Shown: positions 16,985 through 27,228, counted from the stretch's first letter. The stretch: 53,977 bases of DNA from an uncultured bacterium (GCA_903907175.1 CAIVNB010000036.1:1-53977), one strand, 5' to 3'. Made by a program: numbers and translations. Notes: a model not told the origin generated them from the letters alone.

Positions 16985-18289
16985 CTATTTTAATTCTTTT
17001 AAATAGTCTAATAGTTTACTTATTTTTATTGTATCTTGAGATCTATTGGACATATCACGTACTATTACAGAATCAGTCAGTGCTTCTTTTAATCCAAATA
17101 TTAGAACATAAGGTATAGCAAGTTTTTCAGCACTTGCTAATTGTGATCCGAGGTTGTCTTTTGAAAGTGATTGAGCTATTGGAATATGTGCTTTACGCAA
17201 TATTTCGATAACATTCAAACTTTTTAATTTTGCTTCAGACCCCAATTGTACGAAATATATTTTTGGTTTCTTTATTATGCGAGGACAGAGTTTCTTATAC
17301 CAAGAAGATGCGATAATTCTATCTACTCCAATTGAAAATCCAACAGCTGGAACATCTTTTTTACCACCAATTTGACGAGCAAGATAATCGTAACGTCCAC
17401 CTCCAGCAAGAGTGAGGGGAAGGCTACCATCTTCTTTTTTTTCTTCAATGATTTCAAAAACAGTGCGAGTATAATATGAGAGTCCTCGTACTAAATTTTT
17501 ATTTATATTATACCCAATTCCCATTTCTTCTAAGTATTCTAAAACTTCTGAGAAATGTTTTTTACAGGAAGGGCAAAGGAAACTCACGGAGTCTGGAGCA
17601 TTTTCATTTATCTCTATTGTTTTTGGATCTTTTGAATCAAGTATGCGTAGAGGGTTTGTTTTTAGGCGTTCACGATCAATTGCGGCAAGGCCATTTATAT
17701 TTTTTCGATAATAATTTGTAAGTTCTTTTATATATCCATGTCTACATTCTTTATCTCCGATTGAATTTATATCAACAGAAAGATTTTGCGCTCCCGCTTC
17801 CTCTAAAATATTCATTCCAACTTTTATTACAAGAGCATCCATAATACTTTTTCCACTTCCGAGAGAATCTAAGTCAAATTGATAAAATTGTCGATATCGT
17901 CCACGCTGAGGGTTGTCGTGACGGAACGTTGGTCCATATTGATAATACATTACTGGCTGTGGCATCGTTTGCATCCCATGTTCTATATATGCTCGCATTA
18001 AAGATGCAGTATGCTCAGGCCTCAAGGCCAAGACATCTTCGCCCTTTGTTTTTAGAGTGTACATTTCCTTATCTATTATGTCTGTTCCTTCTCCAATACC
18101 TGAAGTAAAAACTCTTTCATATTCTAACATTGGAGTTTCTATTGGTTTGAATCCGTAATATACAGCTATCTCTTGGGCCTTTTCAAAGAAGCCTTGAAAA
18201 TTATAGTATTCGTCATTCATGATATCCCTCATTCCTTTTGGAGATAAAATTTCCTTAGATTTACTTTTTTCTTGTTTATTTTTTTTCAT
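16985..18289 (-). CDS. hisS: Histidine-tRNA ligase
   Basis: PKGMRD, LRPEHT, FRHDNPQRGRYRQFYQ, LVRGLSYY and GGGRYD. Confidence 0.97.
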   Translation of the reverse strand: MKKNKQEKSKSKEILSPKGMRDIMNDEYYNFQGFFEKAQEIAVYYGFKPIETPMLEYERVFTSGIGEGTDIIDKEMYTLKTKGEDVLALRPEHTASLMRAYIEHGMQTMPQPVMYYQYGPTFRHDNPQRGRYRQFYQFDLDSLGSGKSIMDALVIKVGMNILEEAGAQNLSVDINSIGDKECRHGYIKELTNYYRKNINGLAAIDRERLKTNPLRILDSKDPKTIEINENAPDSVSFLCPSCKKHFSEVLEYLEEMGIGYNINKNLVRGLSYYTRTVFEIIEEKKEDGSLPLTLAGGGRYDYLARQIGGKKDVPAVGFSIGVDRIIASSWYKKLCPRIIKKPKIYFVQLGSEAKLKSLNVIEILRKAHIPIAQSLSKDNLGSQLASAEKLAIPYVLIFGLKEALTDSVIVRDMSNRSQDTIKISKLLDYLKELK

Positions 18290-18308
18290 ATTTTTATTTT
18301 GTAATTAA

Positions 18309-18878
18309 TTATTGAGACTGCTTGTAATCGCCAGGCATAAATCCTATCTTGTTTATTGGTAGTAATCGCAAGAGGGCTCTTCCCACTAAAAGTTTTTTTG
18401 GTACCACTCCCCAATATCTTGAATCAGAACTTGCTGGCCTATTGTCGCCCATTACGAAATATTCATTAGCTCCAAGTTCTTTGTGTGCATCTATCCCACC
18501 AGTATTCACTATAAATGGTTGATCAAGTTTAAAACCATTAGGATGTTCTTTGTTGATAATTGTGACTTCATTTATATCACTTTTTACATCAACTGTCTCA
18601 CCTGGGAGTCCAATTATTCTTTTAATAAAAAATATTTTTGTATTATTTGGATTTTTAAAAACTACGACGTCATCTCTCTTAGGGGTACCAACGATATAAG
18701 ATATTTCATCTACAACTAAATATTGCCCATCTGCAAAGGTTGGTACCATTGAAGATCCTGAGACAATAAACGGCTGAGCAATAAACATTCGGATAGGTAC
18801 AACGATTGCTATTGCAATCAATGCAAAACGAGCCAGTTCCCAAAACGACTGCCAATTAGACTTTTTTTGATTTTCCAT
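18309..18878 (-). CDS. lepB: Signal peptidase I
   Basis: GSSMVPTF, IKRIIGLPGE and GDNRPASSDSRYWG. Confidence 0.97.
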   Translation of the reverse strand: MENQKKSNWQSFWELARFALIAIAIVVPIRMFIAQPFIVSGSSMVPTFADGQYLVVDEISYIVGTPKRDDVVVFKNPNNTKIFFIKRIIGLPGETVDVKSDINEVTIINKEHPNGFKLDQPFIVNTGGIDAHKELGANEYFVMGDNRPASSDSRYWGVVPKKLLVGRALLRLLPINKIGFMPGDYKQSQ

Positions 18879-18973
18879 TTGACTATTTTATCACAAATAT
18901 TCCTTGACACAATGGGGTCTTTTGTTGGGTAATATAATTGAGCACAAAGTTTTATTATGTTATTATCTTAATT

Positions 18974-19561
18974 ATGAAATTAGTCGCTGGTTTAGGGAAC
19001 CCAGGAAGTGAATACGAAGGAACAAGGCATAATACCGGATGGATTATGTTAGATTTTCTTTTGGGGAATAAAGTTGAATGGAAACCTGCCAATGGAACAA
19101 AATTACTTTTTTTTAAAGATTCAATCGGAGGGAAGCCGACTGAGTATATTAAGCCTACAACTTTTATGAATAATTCTGGTATTGCGGTAGCGCATGTTAA
19201 AGATAAACATAAATTAAATTTAAAAGATATTGTAATTATTTACGATGATGTTGATTTACCTATTGGCAAAATGAAAATTTCTTATAATAGAAGTTCTGGT
19301 GGACACAATGGCTTGGAATCAATAATCAAAAAATTAAAATCTCGTGAATTTGTACGTATTCGAGTTGGTATTGCACCTGCGACTCCGTCAGGGAAAATTA
19401 AAAAACCAAAAGGGGAGGAAGCAATGTTAAAATTTTTGCTGGGTAAATACAAAGAACCTGAATTGAAAGAACTTAAAAAACTTTCAAAAAAAGTATCCGA
19501 AGCACTTGAAACAATCTTTACCGAAGGTAAAGACAAAGCTATGTCTCTCTATAATCAATAG
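18974..19561 (+). CDS. pth: Peptidyl-tRNA hydrolase
   Basis: MKLVAGLGNPG..Y..TRHN, TFMNNSG, SSGGHNG. Start moved to 18974 based on family N-terminus and the -10 box 7 nt upstream. Confidence 0.96.
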   Translation: MKLVAGLGNPGSEYEGTRHNTGWIMLDFLLGNKVEWKPANGTKLLFFKDSIGGKPTEYIKPTTFMNNSGIAVAHVKDKHKLNLKDIVIIYDDVDLPIGKMKISYNRSSGGHNGLESIIKKLKSREFVRIRVGIAPATPSGKIKKPKGEEAMLKFLLGKYKEPELKELKKLSKKVSEALETIFTEGKDKAMSLYNQ

Positions 19562-19607
19562 TAATGTCTGCCCGCCTTTGGTGGGAGGCTGTATAATTAA
19601 TTCCAGA

Positions 19608-19748
19608 TTGGCTTTTTTTAATTATATGCTATCATGCAGACAATGAGAGTTCTTTGAAGTTGTATTTAGGTTGCATTAGTTGGATTGTTTTTGTTCCCAA
19701 GTTTTTAGAAATAAAGACAGTTCAATTAATGTTACAAATAATCTAAAT
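19608..19748 (+). promoter_or_regulatory. Orphan-gene leader cassette copy 3: promoter, boxA-like motif, long G-U-rich hairpin
   Basis: TTGGCT 19608-19613, TGcTATCAT 19627-19635, AGTTCTTTGAAG 19648-19659, hairpin 19673-19732 with outer stem 19664-19672 / 19740-19748. Confidence 0.7.
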
Positions 19749-19757
19749 TTTGAAAGT

Positions 19758-20039
19758 ATGCAGACACAAACAGTAGAAACAATATCAATCATTGATTGGT
19801 ATGTAGAAGAAGTTGAAAAGGAGTTGGGTGGACGTCCCGACAAAAGAGAAAAGTTCATAGAGGCGCTAAAAGAAAATCCTGAGACAGTTCAGGAAGAAAT
19901 CAAGGCTCACAGGAAGAGCAGTCTTGCAAGTGCATTCAGGTCTGGTAAGGTGAAGGGTTTTTGCAGCGATGTAATTAACCCTGATCAGTTTGCAGTAAAC
20001 ATCCTGCGTGCTCTCCAGGTAAGGCTTCTTAATAATTGA
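19758..20039 (+). CDS. Orphan 93-aa cytoplasmic helical protein
   Basis: ATG at 19758 just after the leader hairpin; the longer TTG start lies inside the hairpin. Own terminator follows. Confidence 0.65.
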   Translation: MQTQTVETISIIDWYVEEVEKELGGRPDKREKFIEALKENPETVQEEIKAHRKSSLASAFRSGKVKGFCSDVINPDQFAVNILRALQVRLLNN

Positions 20040-20058
20040 GATTCCACCCAAAAAAGTT

Positions 20059-20095
20059 GGGCAGCTTGGGCAAATATTGCTCAAGCTGTTTTTTT
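20059..20095 (+). terminator. Intrinsic terminator (convergent with dnaE)
   Basis: GCAGCTTGGGCAA / TTGCTCAAGCTGT plus T tract. Confidence 0.85.
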
Positions 20096-23000
20096 AAACC
20101 TCTTTCACTCCTTCAATGATGATGCTCTTTTCGCCGTTGCGGAGGGAGACTTTGCCGGTTAGGGCAATACATTTTTCAGGTACAAAAGTTTCAATTGAAT
20201 TTTTAAATACACTTGGGAAGACAACTGCCTCTATAGAATCAGTTAAATCAGAAATTTTTATAAATGCCATACGTTCATTGTTCTTTGTGATTACTTGTCT
20301 TACTGTTTCAATTATTCCAGCTATTGTCACTGGCAATCCATTACCCATTTCTTCTTTTATTTTTTTAATATTTATATCTCGTTTTTCAAGTTTGTCTCTG
20401 ATCCTATCTAGAGGGTGGCCAGAAATATAAAGTCCCAATAATTCCTTTTCCCAAATTAACATATCTTTCTGTGTAGCATTTTCTCCTTTTTTCAGTTTAA
20501 AACCTGGAGCTTTGCTTTCTGTCATTCCACCAAAAAGGGAAGTCTGATTTTGTGCAAGTTTTCCAAGTTCTTTATTATATAAAAGCATATCTTCAAGATT
20601 TCCCAAAAGTATTCCTCGATCACACAAATCCTGCCCGCCGGCAGGCAGGTCATCCATTGCGCCGGACTTAATAAGCGCTTCCATTGATTTTTTATTTAAA
20701 TTTTTATGTTTGATTCTATCTAGGAAATCAGAAATAGACTTAAATTTTCCAGCTTGTTTCCTTTCAGCGATTATTGCATCAGAAATATCTGTTCCCATAT
20801 TTTTGATTGTATATAGTCCAAAGCGAATTTTCGCACTTACATTTTTACTACTTATTGGTTCGTCTAAATTATTAGGTAAACAAGTAAAGCCGCCAAAGCT
20901 TTCATTTATATTTGGGGGGAGAACTGGGATACTCATATTTTTACACTCATTAATTATTTCAGAAATTTTTTCAACATCACCAGATTCAGCGGTGAGAATG
21001 GCCGTCATATATTCTACCGGATAATTTGCTTTCATATAAGCAGTCTGATATGCGACTTTTCCATAAGAGGCTGCGTGGGCTTTGTTAAAACCATAAGCCT
21101 GGAATGGTTCAAAAAGTTTCCAAAGTTTCTCAGCAAATTCTGGGGTTTGTCCATTATCTATAATTCCTTTAGTGAATTTTTTATATTGAGCCGCCATTTC
21201 CGCTGGGATTTTTTTACCGACAGCTTTACGGAATTTGTCTGCTTCTTCCCAGTTATAGCCTGCCATTTCAAGTGCACAAAAAAGAAGGTCGTCTTGATAA
21301 ACAATTAAACCATAGGATTCGGTCAAGAATTTTTTCATTCTTGGGTCTAAGTATTTTACAAGTCTTGGGTTATGTTTACGTTTAATATATTCTGGTATCG
21401 ATTCCATAGGACCCGGTCGATAAAGAGCCACCATGGCGTTGATATCATGGATTGAAGTTGGTTTTAATTCTTTTAGATATCTTGTCATTCCGCTTCCGTT
21501 TAATTGGAAAAGCCCTTCAGTCTGTCCAGATGCCAAAAGTGCAAAAGTTTTCTTGTCATCAAGAGGGATACGTTCGATGTCGATATCTATGTTATAGAAT
21601 TTTTTAACTAAACTTACTGCGTCTCCCAATATTGCTAGGTTTCGAATTCCAAGAAAGTCGAATTTTAAAAGGCCAGCGTCTTCTATGCTATACATATCGT
21701 ATTGAGTGATGACTTTTCCACCCTTTGGGTCGAACTGAGTTGGGGTGTATTCGTAAAGTGGCTTTGGGGAAATAACCACTCCAGCAGCATGTACTGAAAT
21801 GTGTCTTACGCAACCTTCTAATTTTTTTGCTAAATCTATTATTTCTTTTGTATCTTTTTCTTCCTCATATGCTTTTTTTAATTCCGGAACTATTTCCATC
21901 GCATGGTCTATGGTCATAGGCATTCCTTGTGAACCCATTGGAATCATTTTTGAAATTCGGTCACCGATAGCATATGGATGTGCAAGTGCACGAGCGACAT
22001 CCCTAACTGCTCCACGAGCCATCATCGTACCGAAAGTACCAATTTGAGCCACCTTATCTTCGCCATATTTTTGTTTTGTATATTCAATCATTTCATCACG
22101 CCTATTGTCAGCGTAGTCCATATCTATGTCGGGAGGCGAAGGACGGAATGGGTTTAAGAATCTTTCAAAGGGGAGCTTGTATTCTATTGGATTTACTTTA
22201 GTGATACCCAAAAGATAAGTTACCATTGAACCTGCGACAGATCCTCTGATTGTGGTTAAAATGCCGTGTTCTTTTGCGTAATGAAGTAAGTCTCCAACTA
22301 CCAAGAAATACGGCGTGTATCCTTTATTAAAGATAATTGCAAGTTCATATTCTACACGTTCTTTTATTTCAGGACTTTCTTTAATCCCAAGTTTTTCATA
22401 ACCTTTTTCAATAAGTTCACGCATCTTTGTCTCATAAGATTTACCTTCTTCTATCTTATAATCAGGGAAAACCCATTTTCCAAGATCAATTTCTACATTA
22501 CACATATCTGCGATTTTTATGGTGTTAGAAACTGCCTCGGGTATATCTTTGAAAATTTCATAAGCTTTTTCTGGAGAAACAAAAGAATAATCATCATCAC
22601 CGAATGAGAATTTATTTTCGTCTTTTATATCAGAATTTGTTTGTATCGCGAGCAATGTTTCATGAGCTTTAGCATCTTCTTTGTGAGGGTAATGAGAGTC
22701 AAAAGTAGCAACGAGCGGAATATTAAATTTTTTACTCATCTTAATAATACTCTCTCGAGCGAGAGCATCGTCTGGGACAGTCTCATGTTTCATTATTTCC
22801 AAGAAATAGTTTTCTTTACCAAAAATTTCTTGATGTTCTTTTATTATCAACTCTCCCTTTTCCTCGTCTTTATTTATAAGTGCTTGGGAAAGTTCTCCGC
22901 CGAGACATCCCGAAAGACAAATAATTCCTTTCGAATATTTTCGCAATATTTCTTTGTCCATTCTTGGCTTGTAGTAATAACCTTCCAAGTTAGAGAGCGT

Positions 23001-23321
23001 TACAAGTTGAATTAAGTTTTTGTAACCTTCGTTGTTTTTTGCAAGTAATGTCAAATGATAACGTTTGCTATCTATGCCAGATTCTTTATCTAATCGTGAG
23101 CGTTCAGCAATATATGCCTCAACACCAATAATTGGCTTTATCCCTTCTTTTTTAGCAAGTTTATAGAATTCTATTGCGGCATACATATTGCCGTGATCTG
23201 TTATGGCAATTGCTGGCATTTTGTATTTTTTAGCAAGTTTTACCAAATCTTCAACCTTAGAAAGCCCATCTAGCAGGGAATAGTGTGAATGCGTATGCAA
23301 GTGGACGAATTTTGATTCCAT
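20094..23321 (-). CDS. dnaE: DNA polymerase III alpha subunit
   Basis: [15 protein letters not shown] (PHP), [34 protein letters not shown]-terminal OB fold. Confidence 0.98.
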   Translation of the reverse strand: MESKFVHLHTHSHYSLLDGLSKVEDLVKLAKKYKMPAIAITDHGNMYAAIEFYKLAKKEGIKPIIGVEAYIAERSRLDKESGIDSKRYHLTLLAKNNEGYKNLIQLVTLSNLEGYYYKPRMDKEILRKYSKGIICLSGCLGGELSQALINKDEEKGELIIKEHQEIFGKENYFLEIMKHETVPDDALARESIIKMSKKFNIPLVATFDSHYPHKEDAKAHETLLAIQTNSDIKDENKFSFGDDDYSFVSPEKAYEIFKDIPEAVSNTIKIADMCNVEIDLGKWVFPDYKIEEGKSYETKMRELIEKGYEKLGIKESPEIKERVEYELAIIFNKGYTPYFLVVGDLLHYAKEHGILTTIRGSVAGSMVTYLLGITKVNPIEYKLPFERFLNPFRPSPPDIDMDYADNRRDEMIEYTKQKYGEDKVAQIGTFGTMMARGAVRDVARALAHPYAIGDRISKMIPMGSQGMPMTIDHAMEIVPELKKAYEEEKDTKEIIDLAKKLEGCVRHISVHAAGVVISPKPLYEYTPTQFDPKGGKVITQYDMYSIEDAGLLKFDFLGIRNLAILGDAVSLVKKFYNIDIDIERIPLDDKKTFALLASGQTEGLFQLNGSGMTRYLKELKPTSIHDINAMVALYRPGPMESIPEYIKRKHNPRLVKYLDPRMKKFLTESYGLIVYQDDLLFCALEMAGYNWEEADKFRKAVGKKIPAEMAAQYKKFTKGIIDNGQTPEFAEKLWKLFEPFQAYGFNKAHAASYGKVAYQTAYMKANYPVEYMTAILTAESGDVEKISEIINECKNMSIPVLPPNINESFGGFTCLPNNLDEPISSKNVSAKIRFGLYTIKNMGTDISDAIIAERKQAGKFKSISDFLDRIKHKNLNKKSMEALIKSGAMDDLPAGGQDLCDRGILLGNLEDMLLYNKELGKLAQNQTSLFGGMTESKAPGFKLKKGENATQKDMLIWEKELLGLYISGHPLDRIRDKLEKRDINIKKIKEEMGNGLPVTIAGIIETVRQVITKNNERMAFIKISDLTDSIEAVVFPSVFKNSIETFVPEKCIALTGKVSLRNGEKSIIIEGVKEV
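20630..20649. repeat. 20-bp GC-rich palindrome inserted in-frame in dnaE (encodes LPAGGQ)
   Basis: CCTGCCCGCCGGCAGGCAGG, one mismatch from a perfect palindrome, in AT-rich surroundings. Confidence 0.8.
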
Positions 23322-23353
23322 TTTACCTATATTAACATAAATTTAAAATAAAT

Positions 23354-24055
23354 TTATTCTAAATTTGAAATTAAATAAGTGGCGATGATAGCTGCTGTTT
23401 CACCGCGTAAAGTAAGAGAGCCAAGAGAGGCAATTTTGAAATTTAAATTTTTTGCTTCTATAATTTCTTTTTCCGTCCATCCACCTTCAGGGCCGATGAA
23501 AATATTAACATTTCCTGACTTGGCGGCTAAACTGCCAAGTGATTCTCCAGAAGAATCAAATAATATATTCAAATTATTTTTATTTGTTAACTCTAAGCTT
23601 TTATCAAAATTAATTGGTTCTAAAATTTCTGGAATATTTATACGACCACATTGTTCGCTTGCCTCCTTGGCTATTTTTTGTAGTCTCTCTATGTTCAAAC
23701 CTGTTTTTATTGTACGTTCTGAAATGATTGGAACTATTTTTGAGACACCACATTCTGTAGCTTTTTGTACCACTAACTCAAAGTTCTCTTTTTTTAATAC
23801 AGCACAGAAGAGAGCAACATTATTCTTTGGTTGATTTTTATTTTCCTCCTTTTCTTTAATTAAAACATCAATATTGTTTTTTTTCATATTACATATTTCA
23901 GCTATCACTGATATATGTTTTCCATCACACAACTCAACAAGCTCACCCTTTTTAAGTCTTAGGACATTTTTCATTTGGTTTACTATTTCTGTGTCTGTAA
24001 TTTGTAGGCTTTCTTTAGATAGATCAAAGGATCCAATAAATCTATGAATTTTCAT
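23354..24055 (-). CDS. rsmE: 16S rRNA m3U1498 methyltransferase
   Basis: NVLRL, QKATECGV, EASEQCGR, IGPEGG and LRGETAA. Confidence 0.96.
   Translation of the reverse strand: MKIHRFIGSFDLSKESLQITDTEIVNQMKNVLRLKKGELVELCDGKHISVIAEICNMKKNNIDVLIKEKEENKNQPKNNVALFCAVLKKENFELVVQKATECGVSKIVPIISERTIKTGLNIERLQKIAKEASEQCGRINIPEILEPINFDKSLELTNKNNLNILFDSSGESLGSLAAKSGNVNIFIGPEGGWTEKEIIEAKNLNFKIASLGSLTLRGETAAIIATYLISNLE
23518..23540. repeat. Palindromic element in-frame in rsmE (encodes LGSLAAK)
   Basis: ACTTGGCGG-CTAAA-CTGCCAAGT hairpin in a variable loop region. Confidence 0.65.
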
Positions 24056-24130
24056 ATCTTGATTTTAGCACATTTTTTTATTTTTCCATGGAGTGATATA
24101 ATAAAAACATTAAAATCTAATTTTATAATT

Positions 24131-25156
24131 ATGAATACAATAAAAGTAGCAATAAATGGTTTCGGACGCATTGGAAGGGCATTTTTAAAGGTTTCTTGGG
24201 ACAAACCCGAAATTGAGATTGTGGCAGTTAATGATTTGGGTTCGATTGAAAGTTTGGCATATTTACTTCGTCACGATACTGTTTATCGAAATTGGGGACA
24301 TAAGGTAGAAGTATCTGGAACTGATTTAATTATTGACGGTAAGAAAGTAAAATTTGTTTCTGAAAAAGATACCACAAAACTTCCATGGAAAGATTTAGGT
24401 GTTGATGTTGTTGTTGAATCGACAGGGTTATTTACTTCATTTGATAAAGCAAAATTCCATCTTGATCAAGGTGCAAAAAAAGTAGTTATTAGTGCTCCGT
24501 CAAAAGGAGGAGACGGGACCGTAAAAGGTGAGACGATTTTACTTGGTATTAATGAAGAAAAATTTGGCACAGCAGATATCACCTCAAATGCATCTTGTAC
24601 AACAAATGCAACCTCACCACTTATCGCAATCTTACATGAAGCAATTGGAATTGAAAAAGCAATTTTAAATACAGTCCATGGATACACTGGTACTCAAGCT
24701 CTCGTCGATGGTCCAAGTAAAAAAGATTTAAGAGAAGGACGTGCTGCTGCACAAAATATCGTTCCTTCTTCAACTGGTGCTGCGATTGCGGTGACCTTAG
24801 CATTTCCTGAACTTAAAGGATTATTCGATGGTATTTCGATTCGTGTGCCAGTACCTGCTGGTTCAATAGTTGATGTTACTTTTATTGCAAAAAAGAATAC
24901 TACGAAAGAAGAAGTAAATGAAATCTTAACAAAAGCTTCAAATGACCCACGTTGGAAAAATATTTTTACAGTTACCAATGAACCACTTGTATCTTCAGAT
25001 ATACTTGGTAATTCTCATGCATCGATTGCGGATCTTGAAATGACAAGAGTTGTCGGAGGTAATCTTGTAAAAGTTCTTGGCTGGTATGATAATGAAATGG
25101 GGTATACATATACATTAGTAGATCATGTTATTAAAACAGGGAATACAATAAAATAA
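24131..25156 (+). CDS. gap: Glyceraldehyde-3-phosphate dehydrogenase type I
   Basis: VAINGFGRIGR, SNASCTTN, STGAA and WYDNE; start at 24131. Confidence 0.98.
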   Translation: MNTIKVAINGFGRIGRAFLKVSWDKPEIEIVAVNDLGSIESLAYLLRHDTVYRNWGHKVEVSGTDLIIDGKKVKFVSEKDTTKLPWKDLGVDVVVESTGLFTSFDKAKFHLDQGAKKVVISAPSKGGDGTVKGETILLGINEEKFGTADITSNASCTTNATSPLIAILHEAIGIEKAILNTVHGYTGTQALVDGPSKKDLREGRAAAQNIVPSSTGAAIAVTLAFPELKGLFDGISIRVPVPAGSIVDVTFIAKKNTTKEEVNEILTKASNDPRWKNIFTVTNEPLVSSDILGNSHASIADLEMTRVVGGNLVKVLGWYDNEMGYTYTLVDHVIKTGNTIK

Positions 25157-25157
25157 T

Positions 25158-25643
25158 ATGAAAATATACATAGGAAGTGACCATGTTGGATTTGAATTTA
25201 AAGAAAAATTAAAAAGTTATTTAGGAGATCTTGGGTACGAAGTAGAAGACAAAGGTGCTTTTAAATATGATGGTAATGATGATTATCCAGATTTCATAAG
25301 ACCTGTTGCAGAGGCTGTCGCAGGGAACGCAGAAAGTAAGGGAATTATCATAGGTGGAAGTGGTCAAGGTGAAGCAATTTGTGCCAATAAAACAAAGGGA
25401 ATACGAGCGGTTGTTTTTTATGGTCCAAAAGAAGCAGTAGAATCAGTTGACATAAGTGGACGAAAAAGTGCGGATACTTTTGAACTTATAAAATTAGCGA
25501 GAGAACACAATAATGCAAATATTTTATCTTTAGGTTTGCGATTCCAAACTATTGACGAAGCAAAATTTGCCGCTGAATTATTTTTGTCTTCAAAGTTTTC
25601 TGGAGAAGAAAGACATATTAGAAGAATAAATAAAATTGATTAA
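25158..25643 (+). CDS. rpiB: Ribose-5-phosphate isomerase B
   Basis: IGSDHVG, DYPD, GGSGQGE, AREHNNAN and RHIRRI. Confidence 0.93.
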   Translation: MKIYIGSDHVGFEFKEKLKSYLGDLGYEVEDKGAFKYDGNDDYPDFIRPVAEAVAGNAESKGIIIGGSGQGEAICANKTKGIRAVVFYGPKEAVESVDISGRKSADTFELIKLAREHNNANILSLGLRFQTIDEAKFAAELFLSSKFSGEERHIRRINKID

Positions 25644-25645
25644 AA

Positions 25646-26344
25646 ATGATTGACATAATTCCTGCAATTTTAGAAAAAAGCTATGAAGGCATGAAAAACA
25701 AGATTTCACTTGTTCGAGGTATTACACCAGTTGTCCAGATTGATTTTTGTGATGGGATATATGTTCCTTCAAAAACTTGGCCATTTTCTACAGGTGGATT
25801 TGAAGATGAGAATTTTTTAAAAATTTTAGAAGAACAAGAAGGAATGCCATTTTGGGAAGACATTGAATTCGAATTAGACATGATGGTAGTTGATGCAGTT
25901 TCGAATTTTGATATCTACACAAAACTCGGGCCAAAAAGAATTATTTTTCATATTGGAGCAGTTGGAGACTTGAATGAATTTAAAGATTTTCTTGAAGGAA
26001 TGGATGTATATATTCGTGATTCTATTGAAATAGGGTTAGCCGTAAAACCAAGCACTGAGAATGAGAAGATTTTCCCATTAGTAAATCATGTTGATTTTAT
26101 TCAATGTATGGGGAACGACAAAATAGGTCAACAAGGAGTAGAATTAGACCCGAAAGTGTATGAGAAAATAAAAAGTTTAAGAGAAAAATATCCTGATTTA
26201 CCAATTGCAGTTGATATTGGGGTAAATGGCGAGACAGCACCATTGCTTATTGAAGCGGGAGTGACAAAGCTTGTTGCTGGATCGATGGTTTTTAGATCAG
26301 AAGATATACGAGAGACGATTAATTATTTGGAGAATTTAGGATAA
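25646..26344 (+). CDS. rpe: Ribulose-phosphate 3-epimerase (divergent metal site)
   Basis: IIPAIL, QIDFCDGIYVP, IAVDIGVN, AGVTKLVAGS; lies between rpiB and tkt. Confidence 0.85.
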   Translation: MIDIIPAILEKSYEGMKNKISLVRGITPVVQIDFCDGIYVPSKTWPFSTGGFEDENFLKILEEQEGMPFWEDIEFELDMMVVDAVSNFDIYTKLGPKRIIFHIGAVGDLNEFKDFLEGMDVYIRDSIEIGLAVKPSTENEKIFPLVNHVDFIQCMGNDKIGQQGVELDPKVYEKIKSLREKYPDLPIAVDIGVNGETAPLLIEAGVTKLVAGSMVFRSEDIRETINYLENLG

Positions 26345-26362
26345 TAGAATATAATAACTTTA

Positions 26363-27205
26363 ATGGCATTTTTATCTGATAAAAAAAATGAAGAGCTAAA
26401 AATAAAAGCGAATGATATTCGTAAGAGTGTAATTCGAATGTTAGTTGAGGCAAAAAGTGGGCATACGGCAGGATCTCTCGGTATGGCTGATGTTTTTACT
26501 CTTTTTTATTTTCATGTTTTGAAACACGATCCAAAGAATCCTGGCTGGGAAGAACGTGATAGAGTAGTTCTTTCAAATGGTCACATTTGTCCTGTGCTTT
26601 ATGCTGCGATGGCACACTCTGGGTACTTACCAATTGAAGAATTAAAAACTTTACGAAAATTTGGCTCTCGTCTTCAAGGTCATCCACACCGAGAATTTTT
26701 ACCGTATTTAGAGACTTCATCAGGACCACTTGGTGAAGGGCTTTCGCAATCTGTTGGTATGGCATTGGCTGATAAAATTGATAAAAAAGATTCTGGAAGA
26801 TTTATTTATTGTTTCTTGGGTGATGGAGAACTCAATGAAGGAAATAATTGGGAGGCTATTATGCTCGCGGGGAAAAATAAATTAAATAATTTGATTGCTA
26901 TTGTTGATAGAAATAATATTCAAATAGATGGCAATACTGAAGACATAATGCCACTTGAACCACTTATAAAAAAATGGCAATCGTTTAATTGGCATGCTAT
27001 AGAAGTAAATGGACACGATTTTAAATCTTTAAATAGTGCAATAGAAAAAGCCCAAGAAATAAAAGATAAACCGATCGTAATTCTTGCAGAAACAGTTGCT
27101 AGTCGTGGGATAAAAGAATGGGAAGGAGATTATCGATGGCACGGTAAACCACCTTCAAAAGAAGAAGGCGAGATGGCATTAAGAGAGCTGGAAAGTAGAA
27201 AGTAG
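26363..27205 (+). CDS. Transketolase N-terminal subunit
   Basis: SGHTAGSL, DRVVLSNGH, RLQGHP, GDGELNEG (TPP motif) and WHGK. Confidence 0.95.
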   Translation: MAFLSDKKNEELKIKANDIRKSVIRMLVEAKSGHTAGSLGMADVFTLFYFHVLKHDPKNPGWEERDRVVLSNGHICPVLYAAMAHSGYLPIEELKTLRKFGSRLQGHPHREFLPYLETSSGPLGEGLSQSVGMALADKIDKKDSGRFIYCFLGDGELNEGNNWEAIMLAGKNKLNNLIAIVDRNNIQIDGNTEDIMPLEPLIKKWQSFNWHAIEVNGHDFKSLNSAIEKAQEIKDKPIVILAETVASRGIKEWEGDYRWHGKPPSKEEGEMALRELESRK

Positions 27206-27228
27206 AAATTTAAAAGTAGAAAATAAAA

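Noticed and set aside
25158..25643. RpiB lacking the catalytic Cys (GGSGQGE instead of CGTG)
   Set aside because: Matches the known Mycobacterium-type RpiB that uses Glu as the base, so it is neither novel nor a pseudogene.
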